The translations under genes and the position numbers were made by a program. A stretch of 64,000 nucleotides of DNA from the NCBI GenBank assembly GCA_945906935.1, contig CAMDSO010000006.1, forward strand, positions 1,498-65,497, read 5' to 3'. The first letter of the stretch is position 1; each line of letters opens with the position of its first letter. This document shows positions 1-10,510 of the stretch, piece after piece. The notes beneath the pieces were generated by a model. The model did no database searches, was not told the DNA's origin, and saw nothing but the letters and a program-made list of their open reading frames with translations. The stretch comes from Bordetella parapertussis. GTDB lineage: Bacteria > Pseudomonadota > Gammaproteobacteria > Burkholderiales > SG8-41.

Positions 1-405
1 CCGTGGGCAGACCGTATCAAGCTGGCGCAGGAAAAAGGCATGGCGCCGTTCGGCGAAATGATGGTTTCGCGCTGGTTCACCGAGGGCTATTGCAAAAGCG
101 GCGCGCCGGCGCTGACACGCATTGCGGCTTCAGTACGCGCCACCAAGGCCGACGGCTTCATCGGCTGCTGTCACGCCATTCCGAAAATCAATCTGACGGC
201 GAAACTGAAGGACATCAAATGCCCGACGCTGGTGATTGTCGGCGAACAGGATCCGGGCACCCCGGTGGCGATGGCGCGCGACATCCATGCCGCCATGCCG
301 GGTTCGGAACTGGTGATTCTGCCGGACGCCGCGCATCTCTCCAATATCGAACAGACCGCAGCTTTCAATGATGCGCTAACTGACTTTATTGCGCGTCACG
401 CTTAA
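1..405 (+). CDS. alpha/beta hydrolase, 3-oxoadipate enol-lactonase-like (5' truncated by window edge)
   Basis: Frame open from base 1 (PWADRIKLAQEKGM...); PcaD-like C-terminal motifs RWFT, PTLVIVGEQDPGTP, AAHLSNIEQ. Confidence 0.8.
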   Translation, partial: PWADRIKLAQEKGMAPFGEMMVSRWFTEGYCKSGAPALTRIAASVRATKADGFIGCCHAIPKINLTAKLKDIKCPTLVIVGEQDPGTPVAMARDIHAAMPGSELVILPDAAHLSNIEQTAAFNDALTDFIARHA

Positions 406-1585
406 GGGGTTCGTCGCCGCTCGGCTTGGCGGCAGATCTCCCGTGCAGGGTGCCGCCGCCCACCAGCATTAGCGCGTTGAGCACGAACACCGGATAAAAA
501 CCAAACACCGAACCGATCGCCCCAAACAGCAGGGGCACGGTGACGTGCACGAGGTGATTGACCGTCACGCGCACCCCGGCACTCTCGCTGGTGCGATCGC
601 GCGGCGTCAGGTTGTAGATCAGGATCATCGACAGCGGCTGACCCGTCCCCATGGCGAGGCCGAGCAAAAATGAAACCCCCGCCAGCAGCCAGGCGTTGGT
701 GCAAAACGGAAACAGAAAGTAGGCGATACCGGCGACCACCAGCGCGATGTTAAGGATGCGCGCCTCCTGCCCGCGTTTGATCAGCGTCGCCAGAAACAAA
801 CGGATCACGCAGGTGGCGACGGCAAAGGTGGCGATGATCATGCCGATCACCGACGCCGACAAATCAATCGAGCGCGCATACACCGGCAGATAGAAGGTAT
901 ACAAATCCCAGCCCGCGGAAATAAAACCGCCGGTAATAAAGACGCTGCGCAGCCCCGGCATACGCCACAAATCGAAGGCACTCTGGCCCGGTGGAGGCGC
1001 GGCAGCCGGCGGCTTGCGCGGCAGCAGATCCGGCCTGAACCAGAGAAATGCCACCGGCAACAGCGCAAAGCAACCAAGGATCAACAGCGCGCGCGTATAG
1101 CCGAGGTGATCGATGGCAAAGCCGGAGATCAACGGCCCGATAAATCCCGACACCGAAAATCCGACCGCGAGCAGACTGTAATTACGCGTGCGGTCTTCGG
1201 GCTTGCCGATCGCCCCGGTGATGCCCTGCGTGGCAACAAAGAACAACATGAAGCAGAGGCCGAGCAAAAACGCCGTGCCATACATCACCCACAGGTTTTG
1301 CATAGTGGCCGGCAGCAGCAACAACACCGCGATGCCACCGCTACCCAGCATCATCGGCAGGCGGGCACCCACGCGGTCTATTATCTTGCCGGCATAAATC
1401 GCAAACACCAGCGGCCCCAGCGCATAAAGCGCGATCAGCATGCCAACACCGAATGCATCCGCACCGAGCTGCAAGGCGAGCAACGTCATCGTCACGCGAC
1501 CGCCGCCGTGCGCGACATTGCACAAGGTCGCTATCATGGCCAGCAGCACGATGGTTTGCATTGGCGTTTTAGAATTTTTTTCCAT
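386..1585 (-). CDS. MFS transporter
   Basis: About 12 hydrophobic segments; motif-A-like GKIIDRVGAR; start placed at MEKNSK. Confidence 0.85.
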   Translation of the reverse strand: MEKNSKTPMQTIVLLAMIATLCNVAHGGGRVTMTLLALQLGADAFGVGMLIALYALGPLVFAIYAGKIIDRVGARLPMMLGSGGIAVLLLLPATMQNLWVMYGTAFLLGLCFMLFFVATQGITGAIGKPEDRTRNYSLLAVGFSVSGFIGPLISGFAIDHLGYTRALLILGCFALLPVAFLWFRPDLLPRKPPAAAPPPGQSAFDLWRMPGLRSVFITGGFISAGWDLYTFYLPVYARSIDLSASVIGMIIATFAVATCVIRLFLATLIKRGQEARILNIALVVAGIAYFLFPFCTNAWLLAGVSFLLGLAMGTGQPLSMILIYNLTPRDRTSESAGVRVTVNHLVHVTVPLLFGAIGSVFGFYPVFVLNALMLVGGGTLHGRSAAKPSGDEPLKRDAQ

Positions 1586-1692
1586 GAAGCCCCATTTTAG
1601 CCCCACACCGGCACCACCAACGCAGACCGCAGGCCGGCTGCCTATAATAAGCAACCGTTTTACCGATCCACGCCGCTTGAAAGCAACCCACC

Positions 1693-2658
1693 ATGCGAAA
1701 AACCGCTCTCACCCTGCTTGCACTGTCCCTCGCCTCAGCCGCGCCATTGCTGGCGCAGGAAACCCAGAACAAGCCGATGCGGCTGATCGTGCCCTTCCCG
1801 CCCGGTGGCGGCAACGACATACTCGGGCGTACGGTGGCGCAGCATCTGGCGCAAATCCGCAACCAGCAAATCATTGTCGACAATCGCGGGGGCGCTGGGG
1901 GCTTGATCGGCGCCGAGCTGGCCACACACGCGGCCCCCGATGGCTACACGATTTTTCTGGCGAGCATCGGCAATCTGGCCTTCACGCCGGCACTGCACGC
2001 GAAACTGCCGTACGACCCGATCAAAGATTTCACGCCGGTGTCGCGGCTGGCGACCTCGGCATTTTTGCTGGTGGTGAATCCGTCGGTGCCGGTCAAATCG
2101 GTGAAGGAATTAATCACCCTCGCGCGCGCCAAACCCGGTTCACTGAATTACGCCTCGGCCGGCCAAGGCTCCTCGCTGCACTTGACCGCTGAAATCTTCA
2201 AACTGGCCACCGGCACCGAGCTCGTGCACGTCGCCTACAAGGGTAGCGCACCGGCGTTGACCGATCTGATTGCGGGCCAGGTGCAACTCATGTTTGGCAC
2301 CATGCCGGCGACCCTGCCGCAGGCGAAAAGCGGCAAGCTGCGTGCGCTGGGCGTCTCGGGCGCGAAGCGGGCGGCTGCAGCCCCGGATGTGCCGACCATC
2401 GCCGAAGCCGGTGTAACCGGTTTTGAGGTGCTCAACTGGTACGGCATCACCTTACCCGCGGGCGCCGCGCAGAACGTGGTGCGCAAACTCAATCAGGATT
2501 TACTGGCCGCGCTCGCCACCCCGGCGATGATCGAATCATTCAATGGACAGGGGCTCGAAGTTGCAGGGGGAACACCGGCCGAATTCGGCGGCTTTATCAA
2601 ATCGGAAATGGTCAAATACGCGAAGGTCGTCAAAGCCGCCAACATCCGCGCCGAATAA
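1693..2658 (+). CDS. Bug/TctC family tripartite tricarboxylate transporter substrate-binding protein
   Basis: Signal peptide; IVPFPPGGGND, DNRGGAGG, APDGYT, HVAYKG motifs. Confidence 0.93.
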   Translation: MRKTALTLLALSLASAAPLLAQETQNKPMRLIVPFPPGGGNDILGRTVAQHLAQIRNQQIIVDNRGGAGGLIGAELATHAAPDGYTIFLASIGNLAFTPALHAKLPYDPIKDFTPVSRLATSAFLLVVNPSVPVKSVKELITLARAKPGSLNYASAGQGSSLHLTAEIFKLATGTELVHVAYKGSAPALTDLIAGQVQLMFGTMPATLPQAKSGKLRALGVSGAKRAAAAPDVPTIAEAGVTGFEVLNWYGITLPAGAAQNVVRKLNQDLLAALATPAMIESFNGQGLEVAGGTPAEFGGFIKSEMVKYAKVVKAANIRAE

Positions 2659-2682
2659 GCGCGCAACGTTGAACGCGAATTT

Positions 2683-3651
2683 TCAGCCGACGGGCTTGCG
2701 CCCGACGCGGCTCTCAAGCCATTTCTTAATGCGGTTGGCATCACCAATCCGCGTGCTCTTGCCCCACGAATCCAGCAATACAATCACCACCGGACGCGCG
2801 GCGATCTTCGCCTGCATGACGAGGCAGCGCCCCGCCTCGATAATGTAACCGGTTTTCGACAAACCGATATCCCAGTCCGCACTCTTGACGAGACCGTTCG
2901 AATTGCGGAACTGCAGGGTATGACCGCGTGTGGTCGAGACTGCATGTGCCGGGGTCGTAGTGAACTGGCGGATCAGCGGATAGTCATAGGCCGCCTTCAC
3001 CATTTTCGCCAGATCCTGCGCGGTGGAAACGTTCTCGCTGGACAGCCCGGTGGAATCAACGAAGCGCGAGCTAAACATGCCCAGCTCGACGGCTTTGCGG
3101 TTCATCGCCGCGATGAAGGTTTCACGCCCGCCGGGATAGGCGCGGCTTAACGAAGCCGCTGCGCGGTTTTCTGAGGACATCAGCGCCAGACGCAACATGT
3201 CGGCACGCGACAGCGCAGTACCAACCCCGAGACGCGAGGCGGTGTGTTTGAGCTGATCAACGTCGGCGCGGTCGATGACGATGGTATCTTCGAGCGGCAG
3301 ATCAGCGTCCAGCGCCACCATCGCGGTCATCAACTTGGTAATGGAGGCAATCGGCGAAACGTGGCCGACGTTCTTGCCATAGATGGCGTGACCATCCACG
3401 AGATCCACTACCAGCGCAATCGATGATTTGAGGTTGGGCAGGCCGGCGGCGGTCAAACCTGCCTGCGCTGCTTTTTGCACCTCGGCCTTGCTTTGCGCAG
3501 TAGTAGCGTTTTTGGCCGGGCCGGGCTCGCCTGCCGCGTTGCAGGGCATGACGACGGCGAACAAGCCACAGGTGCCTGCCATAATCATCAAACCCATCAA
3601 ACGACGCCAATTTTCCCGCTTGCCTGTCATTCCATTCTCCTGACGCGCCAT
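2683..3651 (-). CDS. pbpG: D-alanyl-D-alanine endopeptidase (PBP7, peptidase S11)
   Basis: SITK (SxxK), SEN (SxN) and KTG motifs; start codon uncertain. Confidence 0.88.
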   Translation of the reverse strand: MARQENGMTGKRENWRRLMGLMIMAGTCGLFAVVMPCNAAGEPGPAKNATTAQSKAEVQKAAQAGLTAAGLPNLKSSIALVVDLVDGHAIYGKNVGHVSPIASITKLMTAMVALDADLPLEDTIVIDRADVDQLKHTASRLGVGTALSRADMLRLALMSSENRAAASLSRAYPGGRETFIAAMNRKAVELGMFSSRFVDSTGLSSENVSTAQDLAKMVKAAYDYPLIRQFTTTPAHAVSTTRGHTLQFRNSNGLVKSADWDIGLSKTGYIIEAGRCLVMQAKIAARPVVIVLLDSWGKSTRIGDANRIKKWLESRVGRKPVG

Positions 3652-3881
3652 CAGACGCTTGCTTGCCGATGGCTTCAGAAACCCATCAAAACAATATTCA
3701 AAATAAATGCTTACGGTGTTACTTTAACAGAAAGTCTTGGAAAATTCAGCGCTGATCCCCGACCGCTTTGATGCTCGCGCTAACAGCCACCCGCCCGCCG
3801 GTGGCGAGCAGGCGAGGAATCTGGAAAACAATATCCAACTTACGCGAGCCCTACCCGAGGACGATCGCGCCCACTATCGGA

Positions 3882-6800
3882 CTAGCCTTTGCGCATGCGC
3901 GCGAGGCCTTCCTCGAACATGACATAGAGGACCGGCAGCACGATCAGCGTCAGTATGGTCGCCGTGATCAAACCGCCGATGACAACCACCGCGAGGGGCT
4001 TCTGTGTCTCCGATCCGATGTCATGCGAAAGCGCCATCGGCAACAGGCCGAACATGGCGAGCGCCGCCGTCATCAGCACAGTTCGCAGACGCACCATCGA
4101 GCCACGGGTCACCGCCTCGACGGCCGTCGCACCGGCACGCTTGAGCTGGTTGAAATACGTGACCATGACCACCCCGTTCAGTACCGACTGCCCAAACAGC
4201 GCAATGAAACCAATCGCCGCCGACACCGACAACGGGATACCCGTGATCAGCAATGCAAAAATGCCGCCGATCATGGCGAACGGAATATTGAGGATGATCA
4301 GCAATGCGCTCTTGAACGATTTGAAGGCATCGAACAACAGGATGAAAATCAACAATACCGATAAGGGCACGACAATGGCAAGCCGTGACATGGCGCGTTC
4401 CTGGTTCTCAAACTCGCCTGACCAGCTCATGTAATAACCATCGGGGAGCTTGACGGACTTGGCGACGCGCTCCTGCATGTCAGCAACCACGCTGCCCATA
4501 TCACGATCACGGATAAAGACGCCGATCGCGATCACCCGACCGCCGTTTTCGCGACTGATATTCATACTGCCGCCTATGGTGCGGAATTTTGCCACCTGCG
4601 ATAGCGGCAGATAAACACCGTTGGGCGTACTAACCAGAATATTGGGAAGTTCGTCGAGAGCCCGCTGATTCTCCTTAAGGCGGGCGACGATACCGAAGCG
4701 TTTCTCGCCCTCCCACACGCTGGTGGCAACCTTCCCCCCCAGTACCGTCTCAATCACGTCTTCGATATCGGAAACGTTCAGGCCATAACGGGCGGCCTGT
4801 GCGCGATCGATTTCGATCAAGGTCTGCGGCAATTCGCCCTGGCGATCGATCATCGCGCGCGAAACCCCCTGCACATCGGCAATGGCGGCGAGCACCTTGC
4901 CGGCGCTTTCGCGCAACTGCGCGAGGTCTTCGCCAAACACCTTGACCACGATCTGGCCGTCGATTTGCGAAATGCTCTCGAGAATATTGTCGCGGATGGG
5001 CTGCGAGAAGCTCGCCTGCACGCCGGGGATTTTCGACAGTTCGCGATCGATATCGGTCATCACCTCCCGTTTGTTCAGTCCGCGCTTCCACTCCGACTCA
5101 GGCTTCAGGTCGACCAGCATTTCGGCCATGCTGATAAGCTTGGGATCGGTGCCGTCCTCGGGGCGCCCAGCCTTGAAAACAACACTGCGAATTTCCGGGA
5201 TTTTCTTCAGCGCGTCCTGCATACGACCCATTTCGATCGACGCTTCAGTCACCGATACGCTCGGATGCAAAGGCACGTTGAGCCACAAGGCGCCCTCGTT
5301 GAGTTCGGGCAAGAATTCAGTGCCGAGCTGCGGTACCACTGCAAGGCTCGCCACCAGGGCGGCGGTCGCGCCAAGCACCACCAGCTTGCGACGTCCCAAC
5401 GCCCAGTTCAGGGCCGGCTCATAAATAGCTTTGCAGCGCCCGACCAGCGCGTTATCGTGATGCGGAAGTTTCTTCTTCAACAACAGGTAGCACAACAGCG
5501 GCACCAGTGTCAGCGAAAAGATCAGCGACGCGACGAGCGCCGAGGTCACCGAATAAGCCATCGGCGCAAAAATGCGTCCCTCGTGGCGCTGCAGGGTGAA
5601 TATCGGAATATGCGCGGCGATGATGATCAGCATCGAAAACAGCGTCGGCCGGCCTACCTCTACGACAGCATCCCAGATCACCTGCATGCGGCGGCGGTCT
5701 TCACGATCATCAACCTTCTCGTCGTGAAATTCCTTGTTCTCCGACAATCGCCTGAACACATTTTCAACGACGATCACCGCGCCATCAACGATGATACCGA
5801 AATCCATCGCCCCCAACGAGAGCAGGTTTGCCGGGATACCAATCCAGGTCAGCCCGAGAAAAGTACCCAGCAAGGACAGCGGAATGACCAAGGCCACAAT
5901 CGCGGCGGCGCGTACATTGCCCAGAAACAGCAGCAGCACCAGCGACACCAGCATCGCTCCTTCGACCAGATTAGTAAAAACAGTCTTCAGCGTCTTGCCG
6001 ATCAGCCAGGTGCGATCGTAATAGGGCACTACCTCGACGCCCTTGGGCAAAACCGTTTTGTTAAGCATCTCGACGCGCTGCTTAACGGCGGTTAACACCG
6101 TCGAAGGATTCTCGCCCTTGCGCATCAGCACAACGCCGGTGACGATATCGTTATCGTCGTCCTGTCCGATCACACCCTGGCGCGGCACCGAGCCACGCTC
6201 AATGAGGCAACGTCCTTGATCAGCACCGGCACGCCATTGCGCTCGGCCACCATCACATTAAGCACATCCTCAGCCGAACGCAGTAGACCGATACCGCGAA
6301 TCAAAAACTGCTGATTCCCCTGTTCGACATAACCGCCACCCGCGTTGGCATTGGCCCGTTGCAGCGATCCAAACAATTGCTGCAAGGTGACCTTGTAGTA
6401 TTTCATCTTGGCCAGGTCGGGGTTCACCTCATATTGCTTGATGAAACCACCAAAGCTGACGACGTCGGCGACACCGGGAATCAGCCGCAACTGTCGGCTA
6501 ACGGTCCAGTCCTGGATGGTGCGCAGGTCGCGCGAGTCCAGATGATCCGCCTTGACGCGATACCGGTATATTTCACCGATCGGCGTCGAATGCGGCGCCA
6601 GCTGCGGCTGCGCGCCATCGGGTAACTCCACCTCGCGCAGACGCTCCACCACCTGCTGGCGCGCGAAATAAGCGTTAGCGTCATCGTTGAACGTGATGAT
6701 GATGAACGACAGACCGAACTGGGTGTGCGAAAACATGCGGATCGAATTGGGCAGGCCGGCCAGCGCGACCTCGAGTGGCAGGGTCACCTGCTTTTCAACC

Positions 6801-6979
6801 TCCTCGGCGGCGCGGCCGGGGAATAGCGTAATCACTGTGACCTGTGTATCCGTCACGTCAGGGAAGGCCTCGACCGGCAGCGCCTTGAAGGCGATGGTGC
6901 CGGCACCGATAAAGAGTATCGTGCCGAGCAAAATAAACAGCGGTTGCTTTAGCGCAAATTCAACAAGCTTGTTAATCAT
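3882..6979 (-). pseudogene. czcA: CzcA/CusA family heavy-metal efflux RND permease, split by a 1-nt frameshift near 6193
   Basis: ORF 6170-6979 (EAFPDVTDTQV) and ORF 3882-6188 (GAMDFGIIVDGAV) join into one ~1030-aa RND protein if GTGGCTCG is read GTGGGCTCG (SVGSVPRQG); could be a sequencing error. Confidence 0.85.
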
Positions 6980-7006
6980 GGCGGGGGCGTATCCGTTCAG
7001 GCGGTG

Positions 7007-8179
7007 TTATTTAACAACTCGGCGTGGCTGCAATATCTGCTGCAGCAGCAGCGCGCCTTCAGCCACCACCTTTTTCCCCACCTCGACTCCGCTGAGCACC
7101 GTGACATAGCCTTCATCCGTATCGCCGGTGACGATCTCGCGACGGACGAAACGCCCTTCACCGTCTTCAACGAACAGGTAATAGCGTCCGCCCTGAAACA
7201 TCACCGCCCGAGCCGGCACCTTGACGACCGAGCCCTGCGCGGATTTGGCCTCAGCGGTGATAAACATCTCCCCCTTGAGCTTGCGCGAGGTATTGTCGAT
7301 CACCGCGCGCACCTTAATGGTACGGGTAACCGGATCGAGAAAGTCGGAGATCGTGGCAATCTTTGCCTTGAACACATCGTTCGGATAAACGGGAACGTGG
7401 ATGCTCAGGATACCGCCCACGGCCAAGCTCGGCAGATCCTTTTCTGCCGCATCAAGAAGCACCCACAGCGACGCGGGATTGGTGATCACAAACAAGGCCG
7501 GCGCATTGGCAACCATTTGGTCCGGTCGCAACTCCTGTCCTGGATTAATGTTTTTTTCCACCACGACGCCGCCAAGCGGACTTTTCAGCGAGTAGCTTTG
7601 GTCAATATCGCCGCCACCGCCATACATTTTCAAACGCGCCTCAGTCCGTTTGAACTCGGCCTCGGCCCGTGCGTAATCGGCTTCTGCTGAATTTAATTCC
7701 TTGGTCGCGGCGACGCCGTTTTCATGCAGATCTTTGACGCGCGCAAGGTTTTGTCGTGCAAAGGCTATTTCGCCCTGCGCACGGCGCGTCTCCGCCTGTG
7801 CCTGACCAAAATCGGGGGAGGCAATCAGCGCCAGATTCTGTCCCTGGCGAACCTGATCGCCCGGCTGCACCAGAATGCTGCCCACACGCCCGGCAAACGG
7901 CGTAAACATCCGCACCGTATGATCTTCGTTCCAGCTTAATCGGCCGTTCAAACGAATCGCGCCGGCCTCCCGCTGCACTGCCGCCTCCAAAATCAACGAC
8001 GCAAGCTGAGGGCTACCCTTGGCAAAGGTGATTGACTCGCCATCGATCTTGGCCGGTGGCGCGGCAGCGGGTTTTGGCGCCTCTGTGCACCCAGTAAAAA
8101 GCGGCAGAAAAAATGCTGCCGCCAGCATTACAAAACGCCAATGAGGCACCAAATTTCCGCGCAGAACATTCAACGACAT
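7007..8179 (-). CDS. RND efflux periplasmic adaptor (CzcB-like)
   Basis: MFP motifs VQPGDQVRQGQNL, SPLGGVV, DPVTRTIKVRA; lies between TolC and RND genes. Confidence 0.9.
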   Translation of the reverse strand: MSLNVLRGNLVPHWRFVMLAAAFFLPLFTGCTEAPKPAAAPPAKIDGESITFAKGSPQLASLILEAAVQREAGAIRLNGRLSWNEDHTVRMFTPFAGRVGSILVQPGDQVRQGQNLALIASPDFGQAQAETRRAQGEIAFARQNLARVKDLHENGVAATKELNSAEADYARAEAEFKRTEARLKMYGGGGDIDQSYSLKSPLGGVVVEKNINPGQELRPDQMVANAPALFVITNPASLWVLLDAAEKDLPSLAVGGILSIHVPVYPNDVFKAKIATISDFLDPVTRTIKVRAVIDNTSRKLKGEMFITAEAKSAQGSVVKVPARAVMFQGGRYYLFVEDGEGRFVRREIVTGDTDEGYVTVLSGVEVGKKVVAEGALLLQQILQPRRVVK

Positions 8180-8220
8180 TTCATTTCCCCGATAGGCGCG
8201 GCGCATGCGCCGCATTCAAG

Positions 8221-9540
8221 CTATTTTTTTTCCGCGTCCTGCAGCTGTGCTGCAGCGATCGCTGCCCGCCACGCGGCCAGCGATTTTGCGTAGTCCGCCT
8301 GACTGGCGGACGCCTCCAGACGCGCTGCATACAACTGCCGCCGCGAATCGAGCAAATCCATTACGCCGATGGCACCACGGCTGTAGGCAAACTCGGCGGC
8401 TTCGGCGGCACGCTGGGCCTCGCGCAGCAAGGCACCCTCGAAACGCTGCACACGCTCGCGTGCGGAATCAAGATCGGCGCGGCGCGTATTGATTTCACCA
8501 AGGGCCAGCGCGCGCACGCGTTCATGATTGTCGCGCGCCGACAGCAAATCAATTTCAGCGCGGCGTATCTCGCCCTCGTAGTAGTAATTGGTAAAGAGAG
8601 GAATGCTGACCCCGACACCGAAGGTGTTATTACTAAAGTCACCGGGGAAATGTTCAAACTGCACCGAGCCGGTGACGTCGCGGGTGCGTAGCGCACGCGC
8701 AAGTTCGCGGTTTTTTTCCGCCGCAGCGACGCGTGCCCGTGCGGTAATAACGTCGGCGCGTTGGTCCAGCGCCTTGTCAATCTCAGCGGCTGCGACCAGC
8801 TCGCCCAAGCCCGGCCAGTTGTCCGCTGCAGCAATCGCCGCCGCGTCCCGCTCGACGCCAATCACATAAGCGAGCTGGGTTTGCGCCTTGAGGCGTTCGG
8901 CCTGCGCGGAACGGGCGTCATTTTGGGCACGCAGTGCGTCGACACGGATACGCGCCACGTCGGCGGCCGAAATGTCACCGGCTTTGAGCCGGCGCTCGAC
9001 GGCATCCATGGTTTTTTGAAAAGCCGCCGCCGTCTCGTTGACAATGCGCAAGCGCTCCTGGGCGGCTACCAGGTCGAAGTAGCTCACATAGAGTGCGATT
9101 TTTTGCTGGCGCCGGATGTCTGCGAATTCGCCACGGCTGGCATCGATATTGGCGTCGGCGATGCCCATGCGCAGTTCACGCTTGTTGCCGCGCTCGAATA
9201 ACTGCTGCACGCCGAACACGCTATCCATCGGCTTCTCGCGCAGATCGCCGCCATAGCTGCCCTGGCGCGAATTAAATTTGCCGGTGGAAGCAAAGACACT
9301 GGGATTGGGAATGGCGGCGGCGGACAAGCGGTCGGCCTCAGCGCCATCTACCAGACGACGCCCAAGCTGTACCTCACGATTGCGTTCGGCAAAAAAAATC
9401 TCCGCCTGGGGCAAGGTGAGTCGCCCCAGGTCGGAGCTTAAGGAGACGGCGCCGGCAACCGGTTCTGCTCCGATCGCAACGACACTCAAGCCTCCGAGGA
9501 ATAAAACAAAAGCTAAACCGTGCACACTGTTAAATGTCAT
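8221..9540 (-). CDS. TolC family outer membrane efflux protein (CzcC-like)
   Basis: Signal peptide; OEP repeats, GVSIPLF, AYSRGAIGVMDLLDSRR. Confidence 0.9.
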   Translation of the reverse strand: MTFNSVHGLAFVLFLGGLSVVAIGAEPVAGAVSLSSDLGRLTLPQAEIFFAERNREVQLGRRLVDGAEADRLSAAAIPNPSVFASTGKFNSRQGSYGGDLREKPMDSVFGVQQLFERGNKRELRMGIADANIDASRGEFADIRRQQKIALYVSYFDLVAAQERLRIVNETAAAFQKTMDAVERRLKAGDISAADVARIRVDALRAQNDARSAQAERLKAQTQLAYVIGVERDAAAIAAADNWPGLGELVAAAEIDKALDQRADVITARARVAAAEKNRELARALRTRDVTGSVQFEHFPGDFSNNTFGVGVSIPLFTNYYYEGEIRRAEIDLLSARDNHERVRALALGEINTRRADLDSARERVQRFEGALLREAQRAAEAAEFAYSRGAIGVMDLLDSRRQLYAARLEASASQADYAKSLAAWRAAIAAAQLQDAEKK

Positions 9541-9616
9541 GTTTTGGCAAATCCGAATTTACGCCCGAAACGTTTCGAAACGCCCGAACCTGACGTCTAT
9601 AAATTAACAAGCATTT

Positions 9617-9633
9617 CTTACAATGACCTTACG
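9617..9633 (-). promoter_or_regulatory. candidate OmpR-family (PmrA/QseB-like) direct-repeat binding site
   Basis: CTTACA-ATGAC-CTTACG, 11-bp period, between the efflux operon and the divergent response regulator. Confidence 0.4.
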
Positions 9634-9796
9634 AACGGCCATATTTTTATTCAAAGCCGCCTCACAAGACAACACAGCCAGCTGGGACGGGCGACAAAAC
9701 GCGCAATCCGCCATGTGCCGTCGACTTTGCAAGCGGGGTAAACTGCACTGATGCGCCGGCTCGGATACCCCCGCGGCGCCGGCATTTTATACGCAC

Positions 9797-9829
9797 ATTA
9801 CCCGCCTATTACTCGCCTATTACGCGCCC
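9797..9829 (+). repeat. 3 x 11-bp tandem repeat
   Basis: ATTACCCGCCT ATTACTCGCCT ATTACGCGCCC, ending 10 bp before the response regulator ATG. Confidence 0.8.
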
Positions 9830-9838
9830 ATCGGAAAA

Positions 9839-10510
9839 ATGATGCGTATCCTGATTGTCGAAGATGACCCCGTACTATCCGACGGCCTGCAAAATTCCCT
9901 GCGGCGCAGCGATTTTGCCGTCGATGCGGCGCATGACGGCGAAGCAGCCAATAACATTCTAACAACGCAAAACTATGATTTGATCATCCTCGATCTCGGG
10001 TTACCGCGCCTCGACGGCTTCGAGGTGTTGCGGCGACTACGCCATCGCGGCGGCACCTCGCCAGTGCTGATCTTGACTGCCAGGGATGCGGTGGCCGATC
10101 GCGTCAAGGGCCTAGATCTGGGGGCCGATGACTACCTGAGCAAACCCTTTGATCTGCCCGAGCTTGAGGCGCGCGTGCGTGCGCTGATCCGCCGCGGCCA
10201 GTCGGGCGGTAGCGCATTGCTGACGCACGGACCGCTTGCGCTAGACCTGGCCGGGCACCGCGCCACGCTAGACGGCACGCCGCTTGAATTGTCGGCGCGC
10301 GAGCTCGGCGTGCTTGAAGTGTTGATGCTACGCAGCGGCCGCGTCGTCAACAAAGAACAACTGACCGCACAGCTCTACGAGCATGACGAAGAAGTCGGTG
10401 CGAATGCGATTGAGGTCTATGTGCATCGGCTGCGCAAAAAGCTCGAACGGACCAGCGTCGTCATTCGCACCATACGCGGACTGGGCTATCTGCTAGAAAA
10501 GCGCTCATGA
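9839..10510 (+). CDS. OmpR-family response regulator (QseB/TctD-like)
   Basis: ILIVEDD, LDLGLP, GADDYLSKPF, NAIEVYVHRLRKKL, RGLGY. Confidence 0.95.
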   Translation: MMRILIVEDDPVLSDGLQNSLRRSDFAVDAAHDGEAANNILTTQNYDLIILDLGLPRLDGFEVLRRLRHRGGTSPVLILTARDAVADRVKGLDLGADDYLSKPFDLPELEARVRALIRRGQSGGSALLTHGPLALDLAGHRATLDGTPLELSARELGVLEVLMLRSGRVVNKEQLTAQLYEHDEEVGANAIEVYVHRLRKKLERTSVVIRTIRGLGYLLEKRS

